From the NCBI GenBank assembly GCA_963785735.1, contig CAWAWJ010000001.1:196873-260872 (forward strand): 64,000 nt of DNA. The letters run 5' to 3'. A model generated the notes under the pieces. The model saw nothing but the letters and a program-made list of their open reading frames with translations, searched no databases and was not told the DNA's origin. This document shows, in pieces, positions 8,343 through 17,054 of this stretch. Source of the DNA: an uncultured Alphaproteobacteria bacterium. Lineage in GTDB: Bacteria > Pseudomonadota > Alphaproteobacteria > ATCC43930 > CGMCC-115725. How positions within the stretch are numbered: position 1 is the stretch's first letter; every line of letters begins with the position of its first letter. The position numbers and the translations under genes are program-made.

Positions 8343-9560
8343 TTAGCGGCGCGCCGCCGCCGCTAGGGGCGTTGCCGTTGAGCCCAAGGCATTGCCCGAG
8401 AGATATTCCATCGCCGCGTCGACGCCGCCACGTTTGTGTTTGACCCCGGCAACCGCCAGACCCATTTCGACGCCGGCCAGCGTACCCATCAACATGGTTT
8501 CGTTGAAGGAGCCGAGATGGCCGATGCGAAACACCTTGCCCAGGACCTTGCCGAGACCGGCGCCCAGCGAGATGTCGAAGCGGTCGAAAATCGCCTTGCG
8601 GACATCGTCGGCGTTGACGCCGTCGGGCACGCGGATGGCGGTCAGCGTGCTGGTATAGGCCTTCGGATCGTCGCATTGGATCTCGAGCCCCCAGGCGCGC
8701 ACACAGCGGCGCGTCGCCTCGGCCAGCCGGTCGTGGCGGGCGAAGACGTTGTCGAGCCCTTCCTCCTCGAGCATGGCGAGGCTTTCCTTCAAGCCGTAGA
8801 ACATCAAGGTCGGCGGGGTGTAGGGAAAGAAGCCCTGCTCATTGGCGTCGAGTATCGGCTGCCAGTCGAAATAGGCCTTGGGCAATTTCGATTTCTTGTA
8901 GGCCTCGAGCGCCTTTTTGGAGATGACGTTGAAGCTCATGCCCGGCGGCAGCAGCAATCCTTTCTGCGAACCGCCGACGGTGACATCGACGCCCCACTCA
9001 TCGTGGCGGAAATCCATCGAGGCGAGCGAGGAGATGGTATCGACCAGCAGCAGCGCCGGATGCTTGGCGCGGTCAATCGCCTTGCGCAACGCGGGGATGT
9101 CGCTGGCGACGCCCGTCGAGGTCTCGCTTTGCAGGACCAGCACCGCCTTGATGGCGTGGGATTTGTCGGCGACGAGCTTGGCCTCGCACTGGGCGGGATC
9201 GGCGGGATGGCGCCAATCGCCCGGCAGCAGATCGACCTCGATGCCGTGGCGCTGCGCCATGTTGCGCCACAGCGTGGCGAATTGCCCGGTCTCGAAAGCC
9301 AGCACCTTGTCGCCGGGCGACAGCGTGTTGAGGATCGCCGCTTCCCAGGCGCCGGTGCCCGAGGCGGGATAGATCACGACCGGGCCGGTGCATTTGAACA
9401 CGCGCTTCAGGCCCGCCATCACCGCCTTGCTGAGAGGCGGGAAATCCGGGCCGCGATGGTCGATGAGCGGCTGGTCCATGGCGCGCAGCACACGGTCCGG
9501 CAGATTGGTGGGACCGGGAATTTGCAAGGAATGTCTGCCGCTGCGGAACGCCATAATCAT
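8343..9560 (-). CDS. Class V PLP aminotransferase (serine-glyoxylate / alanine-glyoxylate / serine-pyruvate type)
   Basis: 405 aa. IPGPTNLPDRVLRAMD..IDHRGPDF at the N-terminus and the PLP-lysine context VGGSQKGLLLPPG. Confidence 0.8.
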   Translation of the reverse strand: MIMAFRSGRHSLQIPGPTNLPDRVLRAMDQPLIDHRGPDFPPLSKAVMAGLKRVFKCTGPVVIYPASGTGAWEAAILNTLSPGDKVLAFETGQFATLWRNMAQRHGIEVDLLPGDWRHPADPAQCEAKLVADKSHAIKAVLVLQSETSTGVASDIPALRKAIDRAKHPALLLVDTISSLASMDFRHDEWGVDVTVGGSQKGLLLPPGMSFNVISKKALEAYKKSKLPKAYFDWQPILDANEQGFFPYTPPTLMFYGLKESLAMLEEEGLDNVFARHDRLAEATRRCVRAWGLEIQCDDPKAYTSTLTAIRVPDGVNADDVRKAIFDRFDISLGAGLGKVLGKVFRIGHLGSFNETMLMGTLAGVEMGLAVAGVKHKRGGVDAAMEYLSGNALGSTATPLAAAARR

Positions 9561-9655
9561 TCTACTCCCTTGTGAGAAGCGGGATATGTGCCCAGATTAG
9601 GCCTCCGGCCGCAAGTGCCGACTCCGGGATGCGACACTCTAGCAGCAGAAATAAT

Positions 9656-9677
9656 CCACCGGCACCGCCGGCGGTGG
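9656..9677 (-). terminator. Possible intrinsic terminator after the MFS gene
   Basis: On the minus strand ccaccgccggcggtgccggtgg forms a GC stem (ccaccg/cggtgg) followed by auuauuucug. It lies between the MFS stop (9707) and the aminotransferase start (9560). Confidence 0.4.
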
Positions 9678-9706
9678 GCATCGTCCCCGCGGCCTGCGCT
9701 TAGGTT

Positions 9707-11005
9707 CTAGGTTATCCGCTTCTCGAGCACCGAGACTTCGGGATCGAGCCAGAACGCCCACACCGCCGCGCCGAAGACCAGCAATCCCGCCGCCACGACA
9801 AAGGGCGCAACCCAGGAACCGACCTGGACCAGAACGCCGAAGACCAGCGGCGACAGCGCGCCGCCGATATTCCCGGCCATGTTCATCACCCCCGACACGG
9901 TGCCCGAATATTTCCCGCCCACATGCATGGGCACGGCCCAGGACGGACCGATGGTGCATTCCAGAAAAAACATGGCGATCGTCAGGCAGGAGATGGCGGT
10001 ATAGGCGTTTTCCGTCACCGCGGCCGGCACGATGAACGCCGCGCAACCTAGCATGCCGGTGATCGCGACCGCCCGATGCGCGAGCTTGGTGTTCCCGGTC
10101 TTCACCAGCAGCCAGTCCGTCGCCACGCCGCCCACGGTGTCGCCGACGACGCCCGCCCAGAGCGGCAATGACGCGAGAAAGCCGACCTTGATGAGCGTGA
10201 AATGCCGATAGTCGTAAAGGTATGACGGCAGCCAGCTCAGGAATATCCACAGGCAATAAACGTATGTGAAGTAGGCGCACATGATGGCCCACATGTTGGG
10301 GGATCGAAACAGGATCCCCCACGGCACCGTCGCGGTCTTTTCGATCTGCGCCGGCTTGATGTTGCCTTTCTCGTCGACGCCGCGGATATAGGCGAGCTCC
10401 TCACGGCTCACGGAATCTTGCTCTTCCGGCATGTTGCGATATGTGAAGTACCACAGCACGGACCAGAGAACGCCGATCCCGCCGCAAATATAAAACACCC
10501 ATCGCCACCCGAGCGTCGTCATGATCGCCACCACGATCGGCGGCGCTATGGCCGCGCCGATGCGGCTCGCGCTGTGGGAGACGCCTTGCACGAGGCCGCG
10601 TTCCTGACGCGGAAACCAAAGCTGCATGGAACGAGTTGCGACCGGAAACGCGCCGCCCTCACCCACGCCGAAGAGAAAACGAATCGCGATGAACGAAAGC
10701 GCCCCGGTAGCGACGGACGTCAAGGCCGTCATGGCGGACCAATAGGTGACGATGGCCGTCAACACGCGGCGCGGGCCGAACCGGTCGCCCATCCAGCCAC
10801 CCGGTATCTGGAAGAGGGCGTAGCTCCAGACGAAGGCGCTGAAAATCGCGCCCATCGTGATCTTGTCGAAACCGAATTCTTGGCTGATGACGGGCGCCGC
10901 GGTGGAGATGTTGACCCGATCGAGATAGGTGATGAGGTACATCAGGCTGATCAGGAACAGCACGAACCACCGGCTCTTGCCGGGTCTTTTCCCTTGGCCG
11001 TTCAT
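9707..11005 (-). CDS. MFS transporter, anion:cation symporter (ACS) type (hexuronate/aldarate/tartrate-like)
   Basis: 432 aa with about 12 hydrophobic segments. YLDRVNISTAAP, GWMGDRFGPRRV and FLFGVGEGGAFP are typical ACS/MFS motifs. Confidence 0.85.
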   Translation of the reverse strand: MNGQGKRPGKSRWFVLFLISLMYLITYLDRVNISTAAPVISQEFGFDKITMGAIFSAFVWSYALFQIPGGWMGDRFGPRRVLTAIVTYWSAMTALTSVATGALSFIAIRFLFGVGEGGAFPVATRSMQLWFPRQERGLVQGVSHSASRIGAAIAPPIVVAIMTTLGWRWVFYICGGIGVLWSVLWYFTYRNMPEEQDSVSREELAYIRGVDEKGNIKPAQIEKTATVPWGILFRSPNMWAIMCAYFTYVYCLWIFLSWLPSYLYDYRHFTLIKVGFLASLPLWAGVVGDTVGGVATDWLLVKTGNTKLAHRAVAITGMLGCAAFIVPAAVTENAYTAISCLTIAMFFLECTIGPSWAVPMHVGGKYSGTVSGVMNMAGNIGGALSPLVFGVLVQVGSWVAPFVVAAGLLVFGAAVWAFWLDPEVSVLEKRIT

Positions 11006-11050
11006 CGCAGTCTCCCTCCCCTGTGCTTTCTTACTTGCTTATCTCTCAGC

Positions 11051-11902
11051 CTAAACGGATGAAGACCCGCCAGCAAGTCCGCGCATTTTATGGATGCGTT
11101 TGTTGAAACTTCGCCGCCAGCGCGCGAGATTGCGGTGGCGGTGGTTCCAGGCGGCCTGCTCGATGGCGGCGATCGCCCGTGGCGGGGGCGCGAAGGCCGC
11201 CGAAACATCCATCAGGCCGGGGTGGCGGGCGGGATCGCATAACAGCGCCATGCCCGATGGCGTGGCCCACAACATCCGCGCCTTGAGGCCGGAAAGTTTC
11301 TCGATCTCGGCCAAGCCGGGCTCGAGACCGAATTCGCACACGTCGTGGAAGAGATAGGCCGCGCCGGGCGCCGCCTTGGCGCGCACCGCCTGGTAATCGA
11401 GCACGATTTGCGCGCTGGTGTGCATTCCGTCGATGAAGGCGAAGTCGACCGGGCCGCCGAGTTCGCGGTCGACCACCGAGGCCACATCCTGCGGCGAGAC
11501 GCCCTTGACCACGCGCGCCGGCAATTTGCCCGCGACGGCGATGCGGTTGGTGAGGTCGATGCCGTACAGGCTGTTCTCGTCGGTGCCGGCGTCGAGCGCG
11601 ACGACGCGGCCGTCGCCCAAAAGCGCGGCGATGGCGAGCGTGCTCCAGCCCAGCGCGTTGCCGATCACCAATGCGCGCTTGGGCCGGTAGGCCGCCAGCA
11701 AATGCTCGAGCAGATAGACCTCCTGCATGGCGATGCCGAGGCCATTGGTGAGGCTTTTGCCGTCCTTGAAGTACCAGGTGAAGGTGGCGCCGACGTAACC
11801 GTCATAGCGATGCGGCGGCAAGCCGGTCGAAATCTCGATGCCTTGGGCGCGATAGAGTTCGGTGAGGGTGCCGATGATGGGCATGGAAGGAAGGTAAAGC
11901 AC
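11051..11902 (-). CDS. Class I SAM-dependent methyltransferase
   Basis: 283 aa with the Rossmann motif ALVIGNALGWSTLAIAALLGDGRVVALD and FAFIDGMH. Start is uncertain (GTG 11902 or ATG 11884). Confidence 0.6.
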   Translation of the reverse strand: MLYLPSMPIIGTLTELYRAQGIEISTGLPPHRYDGYVGATFTWYFKDGKSLTNGLGIAMQEVYLLEHLLAAYRPKRALVIGNALGWSTLAIAALLGDGRVVALDAGTDENSLYGIDLTNRIAVAGKLPARVVKGVSPQDVASVVDRELGGPVDFAFIDGMHTSAQIVLDYQAVRAKAAPGAAYLFHDVCEFGLEPGLAEIEKLSGLKARMLWATPSGMALLCDPARHPGLMDVSAAFAPPPRAIAAIEQAAWNHRHRNLARWRRSFNKRIHKMRGLAGGSSSV

Positions 11903-11917
11903 GGCCCCGGCGGGAGC

Positions 11918-11945
11918 AAAAGCCTTTTGGCGGCAAAAGGCTTTT
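11918..11945. promoter_or_regulatory. Perfect 11-bp inverted repeat (AAAAGCCTTTT-N6-AAAAGGCTTTT) in a divergent intergenic region
   Basis: Read directly: aaaagcctttt ggcggc aaaaggctttt. It lies between the divergently transcribed methyltransferase and FAD/Fe-S oxidase genes, so I read it as operator-like rather than a terminator. Confidence 0.4.
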
Positions 11946-11990
11946 CACGGCATCTGGCGTTTTGGCGCGCCTTCCCGTCTAATCTTCCCC

Positions 11991-14897
11991 ATGGCGAAAG
12001 CGGGACCGGAAACGCGGCTCGAAACCAGGCTGAGGCGCGCGCTCAAGGGCGAGGTGCTGTTCGACGGCTTCTCGCGCGGTCGCTACAGCACGGACGCCTC
12101 GCTCTACCAGATCGAGCCGGTGGGCGTGGCGGTGCCGCGCGACCGCGAGGATGTGGCGGCGGCGCTCGAAATCGCGCGCGAGGAAGGGGTGGCGTTGCTG
12201 CCGCGCGGCGGCGGCACCTCGCAATGCGGCCAGGCGGTGGGCCGGGCCCTGGTGCTCGATTGCAGCAAATACATGAACCAGGTCGTGGCGATCGACGCTT
12301 CAACGCGCCGCGCGCGGGTCCAGCCCGGGCTGGTACTGGAGCAGCTCAATCGCCAGCTCAAGGCGAAGGGCCTGTTCTTCCCGGTCGATGTCTCGACCGC
12401 GGACCGCGCCACCATCGGCGGCATGACCGCCAATAATTCCTGCGGCGCGCGCTCGCTGCGCTACGGCAACATGGTGCACAATGTGCGCGGCATCGACGCG
12501 CTCCTGTCCGACGGCACGGCGGCGGTGTTCGGCGAGGTGCCGGGAAACTTCGGAGCCGATAGCGAGGGCCGCGCCATGCCCGAACGCTACCGCGATCTGG
12601 TGCGCCACATGCGCGACCTGCACCGTCGCGAAGCCGCCGAAATCGGCAAGCGTTTTCCGAAACTGCTGCGCAAGGTGGGCGGCTACAACATCGACATGAT
12701 CGCGGATGAAGGCCACAACATGGCGCATCTGCTGGTGGGATCGGAGGGCACGCTCGCCTTCTTCAACGAGATCGAACTCGACCTCCAGCCGATCCCGCCG
12801 CACCGCGTGCTCGGCATCTGCCATTTCCCGAGCTTCCACCAGGCGATGCAAGCCACCAAGGCGATCGTGGAATTGAAACCGACCGCGGTCGAGCTGGTCG
12901 ACCGCACCATGATCGAGCTGTCGCGCGCGATCCCTATGTTCCGCGCCACGGTCGAGAAATTTGTGCAAGGCCTACCCGACGCGCTGTTACTGGTCGAATT
13001 CGCCGGCGAGGACAAGGCGGAGAACGAGCGGCGCCTGAAACAACTGGTCGAGCTGATGGGCGAGCTGGGACTGCCGGGTGCCGTGGTCGAGGCGACCGAC
13101 AACGCCTTCCAGAGCGCGGTGTGGGACGTGCGCAAGGAAGGCCTCAACATCATGATGTCGATGAAGGGCGACGGCAAACCGATCTCCTTCATCGAGGATT
13201 GCGCCGTGCCGCTGGAGGACCTGGCGGAATACACCGCGCGCCTCACCGAGGTGTTCGCGAAACACGGCACCACCGGCACCTGGTATGCCCACGCCTCGGT
13301 CGGCTGTTTGCATGTGCGCCCGATCCTCAACCTGAAACAGGAGATCGAGGTCAAGAAGATGCGCGCCATCGCCGAAGAGGCCTTCGCCATGGTGCGCGAA
13401 TACAAGGGCTCGCATTCGGGCGAGCATGGCGACGGGCTGGTGCGCTCGGAATTCCACGAGCCCATGTACGGGAAGGAAATCATCCGCGCCTTCGAGGAGG
13501 TGAAGGACGATTTCGACCCGTTGGGGATGATGAACCCCGGCAAGATCGTGCGCCCCTCCAAGATGGACGACCGCTCCTTGTTCCGCTTCAAGCCGGGCTA
13601 CCGGACGGAAAAACTCGACACCGCGCTCGACTGGTCGGAATGGGGCGGCTTCGGCGGCGCGGTCGAGATGTGCAACAACAACGGCGCCTGCCGCAAATGG
13701 GACGTGGGCGTGATGTGCCCTTCCTACCGGGCGACGGGGGACGAACAGCATCTGACGCGCGGCCGCGCCAACAGCCTGCGCCTGGCGATCTCGGGGCAAT
13801 TGGGGCCGGATGCGCTTGCCTCCGAGGCGATGCGCGAGACCATGGAGCTGTGCATCTCTTGCAAGGGCTGCAAGCGCGAATGCCCGACCGGCGTCGACAT
13901 GGCGCGGATGAAGATCGAGTTCCTGCATCAATGGCGCAAGCGCCACGTTCCGAGCCTGCGCGAGGAAATGATCGCCTATCTGCCGCGCTACGCGCCCCTG
14001 GCGTCGCGGCTGCGGGGATTGCTCAATCTGCGCGACCGCGTGCCGGGCCTGGCGAGCTTGAGCGAAAAACTCACGGGCTTCTCGGCCCGGCGCAAGCTGC
14101 CGCGCTGGCACAAGCAGCCCTATCAAGACGCGGCGGGCGCAGGCGCGGGGCGCGAGGTGGTGCTGTTCGCCGACACCTTCAACCGCTGGTTCGAGCCCGA
14201 GAATGCGCGCGCCGCCTGGCGCGTGCTGGACCGCGCGGGCTACCGGGTGGTGAACCTGCTGCCGCCGGGCATTCCGGCTTCGGCCATGCGGCCTTTATGC
14301 TGCGGCCGCACCTTCCTGTCGGTGGGATTGATCGAGCAGGCGAAGGAAGAGGCGTTGCGCACCATCGCGGTGTTGAAACCCTTCGTCGATCGCGGCGTGC
14401 CGGTCATCGGGCTGGAGCCCTCCTGTCTTTTGACCTTGCGCGACGAATTCCCCGGACTGATCCCGGGCGAGGATGCGAAGGCGCTCGCCAAGCAGGCCGT
14501 GCTGTTCGAGGAATTCATCGCGGCGGAGAAAGCAGCCGGGCGGTTCAATCTCGCTTTCAAGCTGCTCAAGGCCAAGGCGGTGTTGCACACCCATTGCCAC
14601 CAGAAAGCGTTTGGGATCGCGGGCGCGAGCGCGGCGGCGCTGAGACTAATCCCCGGCCTCGAGGTCGAGACTTTCGATTCGACCTGTTGCGGCATGGCCG
14701 GAGCTTTCGGCTACGAAGCCGAGCATTACGACATGTCGGTGAAGATCGGCGAGATCGGCGTGCTGCCCAAGATGCGCGCGGCGGCCCCGGACACGATCCT
14801 GGCCGCGCCGGGCACGAGCTGCCGCTGCCAGATCGAAGACGGCACGGCGCGCACGGCGTTGCACCCGGCGGTGATATTGGACAATGCCAGTTCCTAG
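11991..14897 (+). CDS. FAD-binding oxidase fused to an Fe-S/CCG-domain module (GlcD-GlcF-type fusion, YdiJ-like 2-hydroxyacid dehydrogenase)
   Basis: 968 aa. FAD PCMH-type N-terminus (VAVPRDREDVAAALEIAREEGVALLPRGGGTSQCGQ), 4Fe-4S motif CISCKGCKRECPTG, and C-terminal Cys-rich CCG motifs (CCGRTF, CCGMAGAFG). Confidence 0.85.
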   Translation: MAKAGPETRLETRLRRALKGEVLFDGFSRGRYSTDASLYQIEPVGVAVPRDREDVAAALEIAREEGVALLPRGGGTSQCGQAVGRALVLDCSKYMNQVVAIDASTRRARVQPGLVLEQLNRQLKAKGLFFPVDVSTADRATIGGMTANNSCGARSLRYGNMVHNVRGIDALLSDGTAAVFGEVPGNFGADSEGRAMPERYRDLVRHMRDLHRREAAEIGKRFPKLLRKVGGYNIDMIADEGHNMAHLLVGSEGTLAFFNEIELDLQPIPPHRVLGICHFPSFHQAMQATKAIVELKPTAVELVDRTMIELSRAIPMFRATVEKFVQGLPDALLLVEFAGEDKAENERRLKQLVELMGELGLPGAVVEATDNAFQSAVWDVRKEGLNIMMSMKGDGKPISFIEDCAVPLEDLAEYTARLTEVFAKHGTTGTWYAHASVGCLHVRPILNLKQEIEVKKMRAIAEEAFAMVREYKGSHSGEHGDGLVRSEFHEPMYGKEIIRAFEEVKDDFDPLGMMNPGKIVRPSKMDDRSLFRFKPGYRTEKLDTALDWSEWGGFGGAVEMCNNNGACRKWDVGVMCPSYRATGDEQHLTRGRANSLRLAISGQLGPDALASEAMRETMELCISCKGCKRECPTGVDMARMKIEFLHQWRKRHVPSLREEMIAYLPRYAPLASRLRGLLNLRDRVPGLASLSEKLTGFSARRKLPRWHKQPYQDAAGAGAGREVVLFADTFNRWFEPENARAAWRVLDRAGYRVVNLLPPGIPASAMRPLCCGRTFLSVGLIEQAKEEALRTIAVLKPFVDRGVPVIGLEPSCLLTLRDEFPGLIPGEDAKALAKQAVLFEEFIAAEKAAGRFNLAFKLLKAKAVLHTHCHQKAFGIAGASAAALRLIPGLEVETFDSTCCGMAGAFGYEAEHYDMSVKIGEIGVLPKMRAAAPDTILAAPGTSCRCQIEDGTARTALHPAVILDNASS

Positions 14898-15811
14898 TCG
14901 AGCCCGGCCAGGCTCCGCGCGAAATCCTTGGCGATGAAGGGCCGCAGATCGTCCTCTTTCTCGCCGACTCCGATGAAATAAACCGGCAGCTTGAATTTCT
15001 CGGCCAAGGGCACCAGCACGCCGCCCTTGGCCGTGCCGTCGAGCTTGGTCATGGCCAATCCTGTCACGCCGATCATGTCGCGGAAGGTTTCGGCTTGCGC
15101 CAGCGCGTTCTGGCCGACCGTGGCGTCCAGCACCAGCAGCACGGCGTGGGGCGCCTCCGCATCGGCCTTTTTCATCACGCGGAGAATCTTCTGCAACTCC
15201 TCCATCAATGTCGCCTTGTTGTGGAGCCGCCCGGCGGTGTCGATCAGCAGCACATCGGCGTTCTGTTTCTTCGCCAAGGCCAGCGCGTCGAAGGCCAACC
15301 CCGCCGGGTCCGATCCGGCGTCGCGCGCCACGACATTCGCGCCCGCGCGCTCGCCCCAGATTTTGAGCTGTTCCACCGCCGCGGCCCTGAAGGTGTCACA
15401 GGCGGCGAGCACGACCGATTTGCCCTCGCCAGTAAAGCGCTTGGCGAGCTTGCCGATAGTGGTGGTCTTGCCGCCGCCATTGACGCCGACCACCAGCACG
15501 ACGAAGGGCCGGGCGGTCCCGAGGAGGAAATGTCCCTCCACCGGCGCCAGCGAACGGGCGATTTCCTCGGCCAGCACCGCGCGCACGTCCTCGCCGGTCG
15601 CTTCTTTGTCGAGCCGGGTCTGGCGCAAACGTTCGGTCACTTGCGACGCAAGGCCGGTGCCAAGATCGGCAGCGATCAACAGCTCTTCAAGCCCGTCGAG
15701 GGTATCCCGGTCGAGCTTGCGCTTGGTCAAAACGCCGGAGATGCCGTCGGTCAAGTTGCGCGAGGAACGCGCGAGGCCGGATTTGAGCCGGGCGAAGAGT
15801 CTGCCGTTCAT
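14894..15811 (-). CDS. ftsY: Signal recognition particle receptor FtsY (short form)
   Basis: 305 aa. SRP GTPase motifs GVNGGGKTTTIGKLA, DTAGRL, TKLDGTAKGG. Sits in the conserved dapF-mtaB-ftsY order. Confidence 0.9.
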   Translation of the reverse strand: MNGRLFARLKSGLARSSRNLTDGISGVLTKRKLDRDTLDGLEELLIAADLGTGLASQVTERLRQTRLDKEATGEDVRAVLAEEIARSLAPVEGHFLLGTARPFVVLVVGVNGGGKTTTIGKLAKRFTGEGKSVVLAACDTFRAAAVEQLKIWGERAGANVVARDAGSDPAGLAFDALALAKKQNADVLLIDTAGRLHNKATLMEELQKILRVMKKADAEAPHAVLLVLDATVGQNALAQAETFRDMIGVTGLAMTKLDGTAKGGVLVPLAEKFKLPVYFIGVGEKEDDLRPFIAKDFARSLAGLD

Positions 15812-17049
15812 GCCGCGTGGCCGAAAAGCCGGTTATGCGCCGAGCCGGTGAGCCGGACGCGCAGGATCTCGCCGCGCGATCCGTTGCCCGCAAAGGCCAC
15901 CGGCGCGAAATGCTCGCTGTGCCCGAAGCCCGGCTGCTCCACCAGCACCGAGGCCGGCGACCCCACGCGCGAGGCGAGCGAGTGCGCGAGCGCGCGCGAT
16001 CCGGCCGCGCGCAACAACGCCGCCCGTTCCTTCACCAGCCCGGGCGGCAAGGACGGCATGCGCGATGCCGGGGTCCGCGCCCGCGCGCTGAAGGGGAAGA
16101 CGTGGAGATAATCGAGGCCCGCCTCGCCGATGAATTCGAGCGTGTTGCGGAACATGGCATCGCTCTCGGTCGGGAAGCCTGCGATAAGATCGGCGCCCAG
16201 CGCCACGCCGGGGCGAAGCTCGCGGGCGCGCTTGCAGGCGGCGAGCGCCGTGCTTCGCGAATGGCGGCGCTTCATGCGCTTTAACACCAGATCGTCGCCG
16301 GCCTGGATCGAGAGATGGAGATGCGGCATCAGCCGCGGCTCTTCGGCGATGAGCCGCCACAATTCCGCGTCGATGGCATCCGGGTCGAGCGAGGAAAGCC
16401 GCAGGCGTTCCAATTCCGGCACCAGAGTCAGAATCCGGCGAACGAGACTGCCGAGCGGCGGCTTGCCCGGCAGATCGGCGCCATAAGAGGTCAGATCGAC
16501 GCCGGTGAGCACCAATTCACGGTAGCCCTTCTCCACCAAGGCGCGCGCGGATGAGACGGCATCGCCCGCCGGCACCGAGCGGCTGGGCCCCCGGCCGAAA
16601 GGAATGACGCAGAAGGTGCAGCGATGGTCGCAGCCTTGCTGTACTTCGAGAAATGCGCGGGCCTGGGTGCCGAACCCATCGACCAGATGCGCGGCGGTTT
16701 TCCTGAGCCGCATGATGTCGCCCACCTCGACGCGCGCGCGCGGGCCGATCCAGCTTTCGGCTTTCATCTTCTCCGCATTGCCCAGCACCCGGTCGACTTC
16801 GTCCATCGCGGCGTAACGTTCGGGGTCGATCTGCGCGGCGCAGCCGGTGACGATGATGCGCGCATGAGGGCGCTCGCGCCGGGCGCGGCGGATGGCCTGG
16901 CGCGCCTGGCTCTCGGCCTCGGCCGTGACGGCGCAGGTGTTGACGATCACCGCGTCCTCGAGCCCGGATGCCGCCGCGTGGCCGCGCATCACCTCGGACT
17001 CGAAGGCGTTCAGACGGCAGCCGAAGGTGAGTATCTCGAGCCCGGCCAT
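15808..17049 (-). CDS. mtaB: tRNA methylthiotransferase MtaB (MiaB-like radical SAM enzyme)
   Basis: ORF 15808..17274. Start moved to ATG 17047-17049 (MAGLEILTFGCRLNAFESE), because the upstream 75 aa are Arg-rich and overlap dapF. Radical-SAM motif GCDHRCTFCVIP. Confidence 0.85.
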   Translation of the reverse strand: MAGLEILTFGCRLNAFESEVMRGHAAASGLEDAVIVNTCAVTAEAESQARQAIRRARRERPHARIIVTGCAAQIDPERYAAMDEVDRVLGNAEKMKAESWIGPRARVEVGDIMRLRKTAAHLVDGFGTQARAFLEVQQGCDHRCTFCVIPFGRGPSRSVPAGDAVSSARALVEKGYRELVLTGVDLTSYGADLPGKPPLGSLVRRILTLVPELERLRLSSLDPDAIDAELWRLIAEEPRLMPHLHLSIQAGDDLVLKRMKRRHSRSTALAACKRARELRPGVALGADLIAGFPTESDAMFRNTLEFIGEAGLDYLHVFPFSARARTPASRMPSLPPGLVKERAALLRAAGSRALAHSLASRVGSPASVLVEQPGFGHSEHFAPVAFAGNGSRGEILRVRLTGSAHNRLFGHAA

Positions 17050-17054
17050 GCGGC

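Noticed and set aside
8343-9560. Calling the class V aminotransferase sgaA (the serine-cycle serine-glyoxylate aminotransferase) and hence inferring methylotrophy.
   Set aside because: Motifs only support the broad AGXT/class V family. No serine-cycle neighbours (hpr, mtkAB, mcl, glyA) are present in the window.
13121-16111. Very long ORFs in the track lying antisense to or overlapping well-supported genes. Examples: 13121..16111 (+, 996 aa), 5662..7683 (+), 33171..35987 (-, 938 aa), 43464..46382 (-, 972 aa), 57090..59636 (+, 848 aa), 18711..20027 (-), 20793..22424 (-).
   Set aside because: Their translations are dominated by Arg/Ala/Gly/Pro/His with no recognisable motifs. They sit opposite genes with clear family signatures. 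Such stop-free antisense frames are expected at this G+C content.
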